A stretch of DNA of 64,000 nucleotides. Source: Octopus vulgaris (lineage: Eukaryota). The notes below the pieces were generated by a model. It was given only the letters and a program-made list of their open reading frames with translations, made no database searches and was not told where the DNA came from. How positions within the stretch are numbered: the first letter of the stretch is position 1; the number at the start of each line of letters is the position of its first letter. The stretch is taken from contig OX597814.1 of NCBI GenBank assembly GCA_951406725.2, positions 138,632,001 through 138,696,000 on the forward strand, given 5' to 3'. Positions 42,061 through 54,575 of the stretch are shown in pieces. The position numbers and the translations under genes were made by a program.

Positions 42061-42648
42061 AAACGTTTGACATAACCATCTCCCTAGCTTTATGATACAC
42101 TCTAGTTCGTATTTTAAGGGAAATCAGTGTAAAAGAACCGAGATATCTGGTGAAAATTACTGAAGCGTTTTATATGAAGGGTTAACCTGAATCATACACA
42201 TTACTTTGAAAATAACTTAAATATTAAATTAGTGAAATAAAGTGCAAATCAAGTACTAAATAAATAAATAAATGGATAAATGTTTTCTGTAAGAGCAAAA
42301 GAATATGGGTTTAACACATTTAGTAGTATAGTAAAGTGGATTAAATATTATAATGTAATGTAAAAATATTTAATATATTGAATAAAAGATGACAGAATAT
42401 ATGTTTAGAATATCATGGCAGAAAAGGTAAACATAGATTAAGAATTAAAGTTTATAATTTAGCGGGGAGTACTGTAAATGCATGTAAAAGAAAAGATTTG
42501 TAAATTCATGGGAGTGTTGTGAAAAACGAAATACCGGACTCTAAGTGCATCAGAAGAAATATAAAAAATAAGCATGGAAAAACGGAAAGAGTTTTTAAAA
42601 TATATAAAAGGTGTGCGTATATGTGCACGCGTGTATTTGGGCATATAC

Positions 42649-42734
<86 letters not shown>

Positions 42735-42763
42735 AAGAAAAAAGCAACAAAAATGGATCAATA

Positions 42764-42853
42764 TTTCGGTACAATTGTTTCGTACGAAGACCAGCTTTAT
42801 TAAGGCTGCAAATATTGCAGCAAATACAAGTGACCCGTACTCATCAGCCGAAA
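42764..42853 (-). ncRNA. Type I hammerhead ribozyme, sense copy near the PLE 3' end
   Basis: UUUCGG-CUGAUGA-GUACG...CGUAC-GAAAC-AAUU-GUA-CCGAAA; canonical core, GUA cleavage triplet. Confidence 0.88.
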
Positions 42854-43940
42854 AACATCTGAGTTCTCAAAACATCTAAGGGGGTGAGGCTACACTCCTG
42901 AAACATCAGGGATAGTTCTATAAAAATCAGATTTAGATAATAAACGGACTTCCAAAGTTCTTTAATGTTGCACAGTCATATAACAGGCTTTAAAAAGTAT
43001 TTTAGAAAACCTCTTAGTTTCACAGAAATTGAAAATGTAAATCCATCCATAATAATGAAGTAGGTTTGAATTCTGGAGATATGAGGAGAGATTTCATACT
43101 CACAGACGATGTATTTATCCATAATTAGTTCATAATAAAGTGGGTTTCCTGATGCATGATGGTATGCTGGTTACATTTCTGATCATTTCTCAAAACTGCT
43201 ATGTTAGAATTAGTTGAAGGAAATTTAGTGGAGCGTAGAGGCAATCACTCACATAGGGTATAATGGGGTTGTAAATATCCAACTACGCAGAATAATTTAT
43301 TTCATTGGAGACAAACTGACTGGGTCAGGATTTGTAAGAATCTAAGAGTTTTAAAAAGGAATGCTAATATTGACCAGTATACCGTTGTTAATTGCTATAT
43401 AAAGAGGACACGGGAAGGTAAAGGCGGGTCAAAGGTTATCATATAGGAAAAAGCATAAAACAGATTTCAGTGCAACACTTGAAAGGAGGTCATTCAATTT
43501 ATTACTTTATTTATTAAAGTTACTACTTATACATTGGCAGACTTTGGGACTACATTTAGGGGTCAAAAGAAAGAATTGAGAGTATTGTTTTTCATAATGA
43601 AAAATCATTATATTATTTCTATGGGATTATCTTTAATTTACTTATAGTATATAAAAGAATTACGAAGTTTTATTAACTTATTTGCTTTAAGTTGGTTTAC
43701 CTAAATTAGAAAAAATTTAGATTAAATTAATTTAAATTATCTATATAGTCTATTAGAATGAAAGTTTTTTAGCAACTAATTTATTTCTTTATGTTCCAAA
43801 TTTGGTACAGTTAGAGAGAAAATAACCATAGCTTATGAGCTTGCAGCTATCTATTTAAAATATATAATATATAAGAGTATTGCTTTATTATTATAATAAG
43901 CAAAATAGACAAATCACAAAATGGTTTTTATATACGGTTA

Positions 43941-44892
43941 TCATTTAAAATATTTTAGAGTCTTAATTCTAGCGTGAATACAAGACCGACCCAATTCTAT
44001 ACGGTTATTCAATAAGTCACCATTTCTTCTGTGCATTAGTATTTCAAATGTTTCCATGGAGCAAAGTTGGCAACCAACTCTGTTATTTTTATAAGGCATC
44101 GCTCTTCTAACTAATTCCCAATTAAGGTTATATTTAATATTATTGTTTTTGAGTTCCCAGATCTTACTTGAAAGTGTAGTGCTATCAGCTTTATGACGTA
44201 ATTTGAAAGAAGAGAGATGGTTGCTAAGACGTTTTTAAAAATTTATAGTACACCCTAAATAAATAAATTTGTTATTCTCTGTAGTTATGGTACATTTATA
44301 GATTGCGTTATTTAACCCGCATAGACCAGGTGCCGGGCATTTTGATCTAATTCTACAGCTACACCTAGGGGGATCATTTTCCGATGTGGGATTACTCAAA
44401 GATAGATGTCTCATATTCCTGCTATTCAAATCATTATTAGTATATTTTTCGCTATTATAGTTAATGCTGCTATCTAAAATAGTGTTATCGCTATTATAGT
44501 TAATGTCATTATCTAAAGCAGTATTATCATTTATCGGTCCTTCTACACTATCATTTAATTCTATAGTCCTACCATAATTACTAACATTATTGATATTGCT
44601 ACTATTATTGCCAGTATTAGTTTCCAAATGTATACTGTTACTATAGATATCATTGTTGTCTTCATTCCCGGTATTTTCCCTATTGGTATTACTCCTATTA
44701 TTAACATAATTGTTCCTATTTGTATTATTACTATTACTAGCTATTCCATAGCTATTTGTTATACCTATGTTATGATAGTTATTATTATTGTGGCTATAAT
44801 TACTTTCGGTAATGTTACTACAATTGTCATTGGTATTCCTATTGGTATTATTTAAATTTTTCCTGGCTAGTTTAATGTTATTATTATTAATC
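43941..44892 (-). pseudogene. PLE ORF C-terminus: Asn-rich linker, CxCx5C motif and GIY-YIG endonuclease, with one in-frame stop at 44235-44237
   Basis: CSCRIRSKCPAPGLC..AIYKC..YLGCTINF*KRLSNH..SSKIWELK..CQLCSMETFEI..LLNNRIELGRSCIH..YFK*; the expected R, E and N residues are present. The RT is absent through truncation. Confidence 0.9.
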
Positions 44893-45164
44893 TTATGGAT
44901 AAATACATCGTCTGTGAGTATGAAATCTCTCCTCATATCTCCAGAATTCAAACCTACTTCATTATTATGGATGGATTTACATTTTCAATTTCTGTGAAAC
45001 TAAGAGGTTTTCTAAAATACTTTTTTAAAGCCTGTTATATGACTGTGCAACATTAAAGAACTTTGGAAGTCCGTTTATTATCTAAATCTGATTTTTATAG
45101 AACTATCCCTGATGTTTCAGGAGTGTAGCCTCACCCCCTTAGATGTTTTGAGAACTCAGATGTT

Positions 45165-45254
45165 TTTCGGCTGATGAGTACGGGTCACTTGTATTTGCTG
45201 CAATATTTGCAGCCTTAATAAAGCTGGTCTTCGTACGAAACAATTGTACCGAAA
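45165..45254 (+). ncRNA. Type I hammerhead ribozyme, copy in the inverted arm
   Basis: Identical to 42764-42853 in the opposite orientation. Confidence 0.88.
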
Positions 45255-45523
45255 TATTGATCCATTTTTGTTGCTTTTTTGTTGTTTATAATCACCCCGC
45301 ATTATCTTATGGTTAATACCATATAGATTTCTGGTGCATCTAAGTTAAGTACCGCATTCAAGTGAATTCAACAGACCTTACTTGAATCTTAATTGCTTTT
45401 ACTATATATATATATGCATATATATATTGTACATATGTGTGTGTATATGTATATGTATATATATTGTGTATATATATATATATATATACATATTATACAT
45501 ATATAAATGTGTGTGTATAAATA

Positions 45524-45565
<42 letters not shown>

Positions 45566-47319
45566 TATGTATATATCTATGTATACACATAATATACACA
45601 TAAGCACATGCATGTATAAGTACACTAATAAACACATATATACAATATACATGCATTTATATATAAGACTAATTGTTCGTAAATAACTACTTGTTGGCAT
45701 ATATGTTGTTATGAATATATGTTTCCATGTATAGATGTATACCTGTATCAATTTTCCTCGCTTTTATTTTTACATTCTTCCCTCTCACTGTCTGTCTGTT
45801 TCTCTCTCTTTCTCTCACTCTCTCTCTCTCTCTCTTTCTCTCACTCTCTCTCTCTCTCTCTCTTTCTCTCACTCTCTCTCTCTCTCTTTCTCTCACTCTC
45901 TCTCTCTCTCTTTCTCTCACTCTCTCTCTCTCTCATCTTCTTCCAATGTTTATGTGTGTGTATGTGCGTGCATACGTCTGCGTGTGTGTATATCTACGTT
46001 TTGGGTATGTGTATGTATATCAATATTTAAGTTCCTATGAATGCGTATATGTGTTGAAATCAATACAGCTTTGTTGTTACATGAGATTCTTTCTGTGTTT
46101 CAATGTTATAAATACTTATTAATGACGAATTTATCTTTTAAATGTCATTCAGTCGATAGAAAGTAACTTAACATCAAATGAATGAGTGAAATGGAGGGAG
46201 ATATAGTTTTATAGACAGTACGTGAATGTATTAAAAAGAAATGCATCTGTGAATAAATGAAAGACGACATAGACAGACTATGTTATACTATGTATACGTA
46301 CGTACATGCATACATACATACACACTTACGCTCGCATACACGAACACTCACACACACATGTAAATTTGATGTATGCACCTTGAAACTGTTTAAAATTAAT
46401 ATCACTATCTCTGTATCATACCAAATATATGCAAAGCGTTAGAATGCATGATGCTGTAGAATTCTCAGAGGTAAAGTCTCTTCATAGGTGAAAATCTCTT
46501 CTTGTGTACAGGAGTGAGACGAATATCATCGTTGCAGTGACTCAGAAAAACGACAGACTGGCTTATGAAATCCGTGCATCAGGTTGTCAACTGTTTAAAC
46601 GAAATTAGCGCCTAGATATATAGAAAAGAGTCACTGATATTCTCGAAGCTTGCTGAGATGTATAAAAATGTTAATGCACAGAAATGAAAGAACTTATTCT
46701 TTAAACTAAATCATACTAAATTAAACTAAATCATACTAAATGATTATCTCATCAACCCCGAAAGGATGAAAGGCAAAGTCGAACTCGGCGGATTTTGAAC
46801 TCAGAACGTAGCGACAGACAAAATAATGATTTTGTGGGAATAGAAATGCAAGCTCCTAAAAACGATGAAGTGAGACTGTTGTAGTATTTTTCTATGCAAA
46901 CTGAAAGAAGAATAGAAGAGAGCAGACGAGTAGAAGAAACTATGAATTGCAATCAACGTGGCACAGTGAAAAGAAGGGAAAAAGTCCAAAAAAGTAGAAC
47001 ATCATTCAAGTGCTAGAAGAAAGAAGTTAACAAGGTCATGATGCTCTTAATTATTATTGGAGCTTCAGAAATAAGAATCTGAGGCCAAATTTGAAAAGCG
47101 TGAGTTTAATATGGGAATAGATGTAATTCAGAAAACATGGCTATTAAATTCAATAGGAATTTTGGAAAGTTCTCAGTAAAAGTAAAAACAGATACAAAAA
47201 GCAGGAAAAAAATTTTGTACGAAAGATTCAAAATGTTCCTCAGTCTGTTTAGACCATGAGTTGTGGTTCAACAGGAAGTATAATTTAACCGGATAAAAGA
47301 ACAGTTCTGCGAAACAACA

Positions 47320-47323
<4 letters not shown>

Positions 47324-47392
<69 letters not shown>

Positions 47393-47419
47393 GTAGTAGT
47401 AGTAGTAGTAGTAGTAGTA
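47324..47419. repeat. (AAT)n(AGT)n microsatellite at a SINE C tail
   Basis: Direct inspection. Confidence 0.95.
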
Positions 47420-47755
47420 ACCCTTTCTACTATAGGTACAAGGCCTGAAACTTTGGGGACAGATAGTCGATAACATTGACCCCAGTACTCAACTGCTACT
47501 TATTTCATCCTCCCTGAAAGGATGAAAGGCAAAGACGACCTCGGTGGAATTTGTAGTTTCAAACTTTGACACGAGGCCAGCAGGTTCGGAGGTGGGGTTA
47601 AGTCGATAATACCGACCCCAGTATTCAACTGGTATTTATTTTATCAACCCTGCTAGGATGAAAGGTAAAAGTCAATCTCAGTAGAATATGAACTCAGAAC
47701 GTAAAGACAGACGTAATACAGATAAGCATTTTGACCGGCACGCTATCGATTCTGT
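47420..47755 (-). mobile_element. Two tandem SINE C copies (another fragment at 46745-46820)
   Basis: Core and tail matches. Confidence 0.8.
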
Positions 47756-49790
47756 CTTAATAAAAAAAATAGCCGTCTTAATTTTAAAAAATAATAATGT
47801 TTAGATATGCAACTATATGCATGACAATGCATACATAAAACATACAGATCTGCACATACATACATACATACATACATACATACATACATACATACATACA
47901 TACATACATACATACATACATACATACATACATACGTATTTATATGTGTATGTAGGCAAATAGGGAGGTATGTATATATGTGTATGTATTCATAACTCCG
48001 AGATGACTCGAAGAAAGATCGCAAAATAAACTTCTATAATAGTGTAAAATATTTAATCAGATTCTCGCCTGTTTCTGTCAACACCCCATTCTTGTAAATC
48101 TCTGTTATGTTTTTAAGGCAGTATCCTTATAAATGTCATTCATTTCAAATACCTTTTCCTAAGAAAAATGTAATTCTGCAACGATCAAGCTTTCAATTAT
48201 ACTACATGAACAAATTTAATTTAATACCTGGAAGGATATATTGCTATATGAAAATAACTGTGGGATCAAATATTCACTTGCACAGAAAGACAAAAAGAAC
48301 AAATGATGTACAGCCTTCAAGTAATAGGCTCGATGACAATATGTAAATCTATTATCAGAAGAATCATTAAATATACCATTTCAAGATTTTACTGGATCAT
48401 AGCAGTAACTTGTCACTGAAACAACAGACAATGTAGATCAAGAGCGTCCAGAAGAACACAAAAATGCCAATCATATTATAGAAAAAAGCTATCAATACCA
48501 AGAAACTTTCACGTAATGATAGGTACATGCTACGCAAAACTTATTAACCAATCACTTGAGAAGATAAATATTATCCTGTTGATGGTTTAGTCTTTCAGGG
48601 GATCCACATGATGCAATTTATTTAATATGGTTTTGTGAATTACGAATGTCTATCAAAGATGCCAGAGCTTTTATTAAAAGTCAGATTTGGTGATTTTTAT
48701 ATGTTGCTGAGAAATTGGATCTCAAACCTGGAGCTGCTTGGTTGGTTGGTTGGAGTAGAATAAGATTGGTAGGGTATGGCCATCATTGCTATTTTATTGG
48801 TGCTGACACCATTAGAGGAAGCAATAAAGGGGAACGCATTTTTATTCACGAATTATATTAGAGCTATCTGACTCAATATGCTATGATTCAAAAGCTATTT
48901 CCTCTAAATCCTGCGTTTGCAATGCTCATTAAATAATCACAAGAGGAATCATTTAAAAGAAAGAAAAAGATAGTGCAATTTAACAGACCTAGCATGTGGC
49001 TTGTGACCAATTTTACTTTGCACTCGCAAGCTCGAGGAATGTTTATACTATAAAGATTTTTATGAATTACATAACCAAAAATGAACGGAAAAAGTAAAAA
49101 CATTTACGAATTTTACAAAATGTATAAAATAAGAAAAAGAAATGCTAAAAAAAAGATTCTTCAATTACCATGTATTTCCGAAATATTTCTGGTATAGCTA
49201 TTTTGTCTCTTACATTGCTAAATGTATTCATTAAAAAAAAAAGAAGCTTTTGCCTATAAAAGCGTCTTTCATTTAGCGAACCTTTTTGCAAACATAGACG
49301 CACACACACGTCATACATGTCACATACGATTGCTGCTTTTAGTGTTGCACGTCGGAGTTAATATTTCTAATAGAATTTTACTTCGTTTTTGGACGATGAC
49401 GATTTAAAACGAGTTCTGAAGAATGCTGTCTTCACCTATATACATACACGCACATTCTCTCTTACACTCGCACATTCTCTCTAACACACTCACATTTTTT
49501 CACATACACGCACACACGAATATATTTAATTGGATGTCTGGTTTTAAGAACTAGGAGAGCCATTATTAAAGGTCAAATGCTAGATAACATACAACAGATT
49601 GGGTAAATTTGCTTAATGAGATGATTTTACTGACAAGAGTAGTCCGGCATATTTTCAGAAGAGTAACTCTGAGGATTTCGATATTCGCAAGAAACACGAC
49701 TAGTCATGTAAGTGCCATCATCTGCATAGACAAATCCATCCATCCATCCATCCATCCATCCCATCATACATACATACATAAATACATATA

Positions 49791-50009
49791 CAGGATTGAC
49801 CAAAAGTCACCCGACACTAAATCAAAATTCCATAAATGATATTCAATTTTATTTATTCTTTCCAATTATGAATGTTTAATAATTGGATGCTGTGAATTTT
49901 TTTCAATATTTGTCTATTTATTAGCGGAATCTCATATCAAATATTGTTTTGTTTTAATCTTGGAATTAAATATTTTGATTTGCTGTCAGACGACTTTTGG
50001 CCAAGCCTG
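49791..50009. mobile_element. Tc1/mariner MITE
   Basis: TA-CAGGATTGACCAAAAGTCACCCGACA.TAAATCAAAA ... TTTTGATTTGCTGTCAGACGACTTTTGGCCAAGCCTG-TA. Confidence 0.85.
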
Positions 50010-50031
50010 TATATATACATACATAAGTATG

Positions 50032-50087
<56 letters not shown>

Positions 50088-50097
50088 CATACATACA

Positions 50098-50128
<31 letters not shown>

Positions 50129-50394
50129 GTGTGCGCATACATATGCTTAGAAGTGTGTGTGTGTGTGTGTGAGTGAGTGAGTGTGTGTAGATTTTACCGT
50201 ATATTACATCACAGTTCTCTCCTCTCTGTGGACTTTAACATTTCCTCACTATCATACAAACTCTTCATCAAACCTCTCTGAACGTTTTATTCGCGCCTTG
50301 TATTCTTTCTTAATTTTTTCTTTGAATTTTCTTTTCTTTTCAGAACTTTCTCTCCTTGACTATTCTGCTTTCTCACTTCCTCCATGTTTCTCTC

Positions 50395-50432
50395 TTTCAT
50401 CTGATGAAGTATTCATGTCTGAAACGTTAAAA
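50395..50432 (+). ncRNA. Degenerate minimal hammerhead in a PLE-type terminus (~50190-50500)
   Basis: CUGAUGA-A-(broken stem II)-GAAACGUU-AAA. Confidence 0.55.
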
Positions 50433-50511
50433 TACTTTCTCTTCGGATTAAAGCAGTAACATAAAACTATGTGTTAAACTATGTTCGTCCAGTGTTGCAT
50501 GTATAATATAT

Positions 50512-50551
<40 letters not shown>

Positions 50552-50596
50552 TATATATATATATATACAGATAGATAGATATTATATACATCTTGC

Positions 50597-51061
50597 AGGA
50601 ATGACCACTAGGTGAACTCTTAAATGTAGACCCCATATGGTCTGACCACTAACGCTCTGCTGATTTGCAGACATTTACATATGTAAATGTTAACAAAGAA
50701 ATCTCGTATGTGACTACTCATTATAATTTGTATCTTTGCATTTGTCTTGCTGACTTTACGTTCTGGCGTTTGGTGAATTTTCTTGAAAACAAGTTTCTCT
50801 TAGTGGTAAGACCATATGGGGTCTACATTTAGCATATTAGAAGTTCCCCTAGTGGTCATTCCTCTTATATGTATGTAATATAATTTTCCGAATCTTCAGA
50901 TTTTTTTCAACACAGGCGTAGGAGTTGCTGTGTGGTAAGTAGTTCCGGGTTCAGTCCCACTGAGTGGCACCTTGGGAAAGTGTCTTCCACTATATCCCCG
51001 GGCCGACCAAAGCCTTGTGAGTAGATTTGGTAGATAGAAATTGAAAGAAGACCGTCGTATA

Positions 51062-51107
<46 letters not shown>

Positions 51108-51337
51108 ACGAAAAGAAAATATAAAATACACGTGGAAATGTAAGGGTAAAATATGAAAAATCAACGAAAATGCATATTGCAAATAGAAAAAGATTGTTTA
51201 TGACAGGTAGTGACAAATATATACATTTAGATTGACTGAAGTAGTAATACGAGTCATAAAGGCCATTATTATGAGATGATTATAAGATGATAATAAAGTA
51301 AGAGAATAAAACGAACCAGTGGTTTACGCCGCGAAGG

Positions 51338-51369
<32 letters not shown>

Positions 51370-51665
51370 CTACATGTATGTATGTGTGTATATGTTTGCG
51401 TGTCTGTGTTTGTCCCCCAAACATCGCTTGACAAGCGATGCTGGTGTGTTTACGTCCCCGTAACCTAGCGGTTCGGCAAAAGAGACCGATAGAATAAGTA
51501 CTAGGCTTACAAAGAATAAGTCCCGGGGTCAATGCTCGACTAAAGGCGGTGCTCCAGCATGGCCACAGTCAAATGAGTGAAACAAGTAAAAGAGTAAGGA
51601 GTATGCTAGTCCACTGGTTTAAATTGATGTTAATCAAATTAACATCAATTTTTACCCTTATCATT

Positions 51666-51668
<3 letters not shown>
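50597..51668 (+). mobile_element. Family X element with an inverted arm (50597-50652 vs 50800-50863), interrupted by SINE A
   Basis: AGGAATGACCACTAGG...GACCCCATATGGTCTGACCACTAA inverted; the sequence resumes after the SINE, matching 18404-18507. Confidence 0.7.
50914..51600 (+). mobile_element. SINE A near full length, with a further insert (51105-51339) in its internal (TA)n
   Basis: Head GGCGTAGGAGTTGCTGTGTGGTAAG, body CACCTTGGGAAAGTGTCTT, tail ..AAACAAGTAAAAGAG. Confidence 0.9.
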
Positions 51669-51736
<68 letters not shown>

Positions 51737-51827
51737 ATGTATATATATATATATGCATACACACACATACATACATACACACATACATACATACACACAT
51801 ACATACATACATACATACATACATACA

Positions 51828-51858
<31 letters not shown>

Positions 51859-52042
51859 GTATGAGCACCCGTGTGGTTTTATATTTTCATTTTTATGTGT
51901 ACATATAATAAGACAATCAGTCTTAGAAATTAAAACCGTTCGCAGAAGTGTAAGAAGAATAATTTAAAATACCCATTGCAAAAGAAACCCTTGAAAGAAG
52001 TCTGTATGTATATGTGAACGTGATTGTATATGCATGTGTGAG

Positions 52043-52044
<2 letters not shown>

Positions 52045-52092
<48 letters not shown>

Positions 52093-52775
52093 GAGAGACA
52101 GAGAGAGAGACAGAGAGACAGAGACAGAGAGACAGAGATAGAGAGAGAGAGAACGAAAGTAAGAAAGAAAGAAAGACAAGTACGGAGAGGCAGACAATGA
52201 TAGATTAACAGATAGAGATAGCTGGATTTGATGGGTAGATAAACTGATAAATACGTGGAAATACAACGAAAAGAAAAGAAGTAGAACATTGAAGAGAAAG
52301 GAAAATGAATAGCAGAATGAATAAGGAAGCAATTGTAGAAACTGAAGATAAATGACAGCAAAAAAGAAAACAAAATACCAGCAGTAAAGTAGAAGAAGCA
52401 TGAAGCATGAAAAAAAAAAAATACAAAGGTAAAAAGAAGAAAAAGGAAAAGAAAATTATGGTTAAAAATGCTAAGAGAGAAAAAAAGATCAAATGAACAT
52501 ACGGAAAGTTTGGAAAACAAAAGGTAAGAACAAACGTGTGAGAAATAAAAAAAGAAAAGGTAAAAGAGTATGAAAGATATTGAAAGAAATATTGATGGGA
52601 GAAAAAAAGTAGAAAGGTAGATGGAAATAACAACTTGTAGAAAAAAGATATGTTGTTTAAAAAGATGGTGGGGGTGGGCGGGGAGGAGAAAAGTGAATTT
52701 AGAATAGATTAAAGATTGAGAGTTAGGAAGAGAAAAATGTTATATATATATATATGTGTGTGTGTATATGTATGA

Positions 52776-52821
<46 letters not shown>

Positions 52822-53000
52822 AGAGAGAGAGGCTATAGATAGATAAATAGATAGACATAGAGAGAGAGAGAGATAGGTGAGGGTGGATGGGTGGATAGAT
52901 TGGACGGGAAAATAAGGAAAATGAATGATTCAAGTGAAAATAAAAAAAGGAAAGAAACAACAGAAAAAGCATTTAGATGAAAATAGGAAAAAGAAAAGTA
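52045..53000. repeat. Long purine-rich low-complexity region
   Basis: (GA)n/(GACA)n and A/G-rich sequence; source of the spurious F/L/S-rich minus-strand ORFs. Confidence 0.85.
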
Positions 53001-54364
53001 AGGATAATGAAAAGAAATTTAATGTAATTTTCAGGCTTACCACGGAAGCAGTTGACACGTTAGATTTATGACTTTTGCGATGAAATAATTAATTAAACTG
53101 CTATTCATAGAGAAACTAGGCAACCGTACCATCAACCATCTTAAAATCTTTACCATTTATCCATTACCTTATTATACTACTACTACTACTACTACCACTA
53201 CTACTACTACTACTACTACTGCTACTACTACTACTACCACTACCACCATCGCAATCACCATCATCACCACCACCACCATCACCACTACTACTCTTACTGC
53301 TCCTCGCCACAGCGTCTCCAAAACATTACTTCTTATTCTTATTACAGCCTGCTGATTTTGATGTAATATATTTCATCAAAAGTAGTTAACTGTTAATTGT
53401 TAATTACTGTATCCAGAAGAAGGTTGACAGATAAAAAAGTAAAATTTGAAAAAGAAAACACTTTAAAAAAGAAGAGAAAAATATAATTAAAAAATAGAAT
53501 AAAATCTAAAAAAAATACTCGTTTCATCATCAATTGAAGTAATCAGTGTTGAAATATTGAGCTCCTAAAGAAATCTGCAGGGGAGCTTGATTTAGATAGA
53601 ACAGTGAAAATGAGCTATGTCAGTTGTTTGTATAAATGATATCTGCCCATGTGTATAAGTGCATGTGATTATGGAGCAAAATGAATAGGTGTGTATGTGG
53701 AAGGAGATATTTAAGTTGTTCTTTAGCCTCAGGTCAGCTCTGACAGTTCAGAGCTATTATTAAGTCGCTGTAATCGACTTAACTCCTATTGGGTAAGAGT
53801 ATAAAAACAGCACGGTTCTCCCAAGCCATGTCGAGTCAGTGTGGCAGGGTATGCTCATCAAACCAATATGATCTCAAGCTCAAATTCACATCAGACCGTA
53901 GTTGGTGGAGAGAAAATGCTAAGGTCTTCGGCCTGCGGTGGGTTAAACACAGGTAATCCAATCTAATCAACCGTCATCGATCTGTCATTCTCTTGAAGCA
54001 TTGGTTATTAAGGAATACATTATCCAGTATAACCTCCCAATTTCAAGAAGCTCGGTTGTTATTTGTTGATTATCTGGCTGCTATTTCCAGCAACCTGAAC
54101 GACTTTGTAGTTTCACTCCTTGACTTGCTCATAAAAGTTAGTAAAGGTTAATGATATAGCGTCAAACAAAATGCTTTTGTATATATATTTCAAGAACCGC
54201 TGGTGTCAGCTTTGCCTTTCATCATTGAAAACAAAACAAAATCAATATTTGACCCTATGGAACATTACTATTTATTTATGTTAATAGTACGTTGTGTGAA
54301 CAAGAGGTAAGTCTCTGGTGAGATGAGGCTATTTCTTGATTTTGGTTCTTTTGCTCTATATCTG

Positions 54365-54575
54365 GTGAAGAGCTGGCCGAATCGCTAGAGTATCGGAGAA
54401 ATACTTTACAGCTTTTCTTCCGGGTCTTTACGCTCTGAGTTCAAATCCCGCCGAAGTCAGCTTTGCCTTTCATCCTTTCAGGGTCGATAAAAGAAAGACA
54501 AATCAAGCACTGGGATTGATGCAGTCACCTCACCTCCTCCCCCAAATTTCAGGTTTGTTCTTATATTAAAAACAA
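54365..54575 (+). mobile_element. SINE C copy
   Basis: Head GAGCTGGCCGAATCGCTAG, core and tail. Confidence 0.8.

Larger units (their letters stand above)
42728..45410 (-). mobile_element. Penelope-like element, 5'-truncated, with inverted pseudo-LTR, inserted in (TA)n
   Basis: Arms 42728-43124 and 44893-45290 are inverted copies (I saw one substitution and one 1-bp indel); GIY-YIG ORF between them; an HHR in each arm; extra tail at 45291-45410. Confidence 0.92.

Noticed and set aside
44893-44951. Start of the 238-aa ORF (MNSGDMRRDF...)
   Set aside because: These codons come from the inverted pseudo-LTR arm fused to the truncated ORF, so this is not a real start.
46701-46740. 20-bp direct duplication TTAAACTAAATCATACTAAA
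   Set aside because: Ordinary slippage duplication with nothing inserted between the copies.
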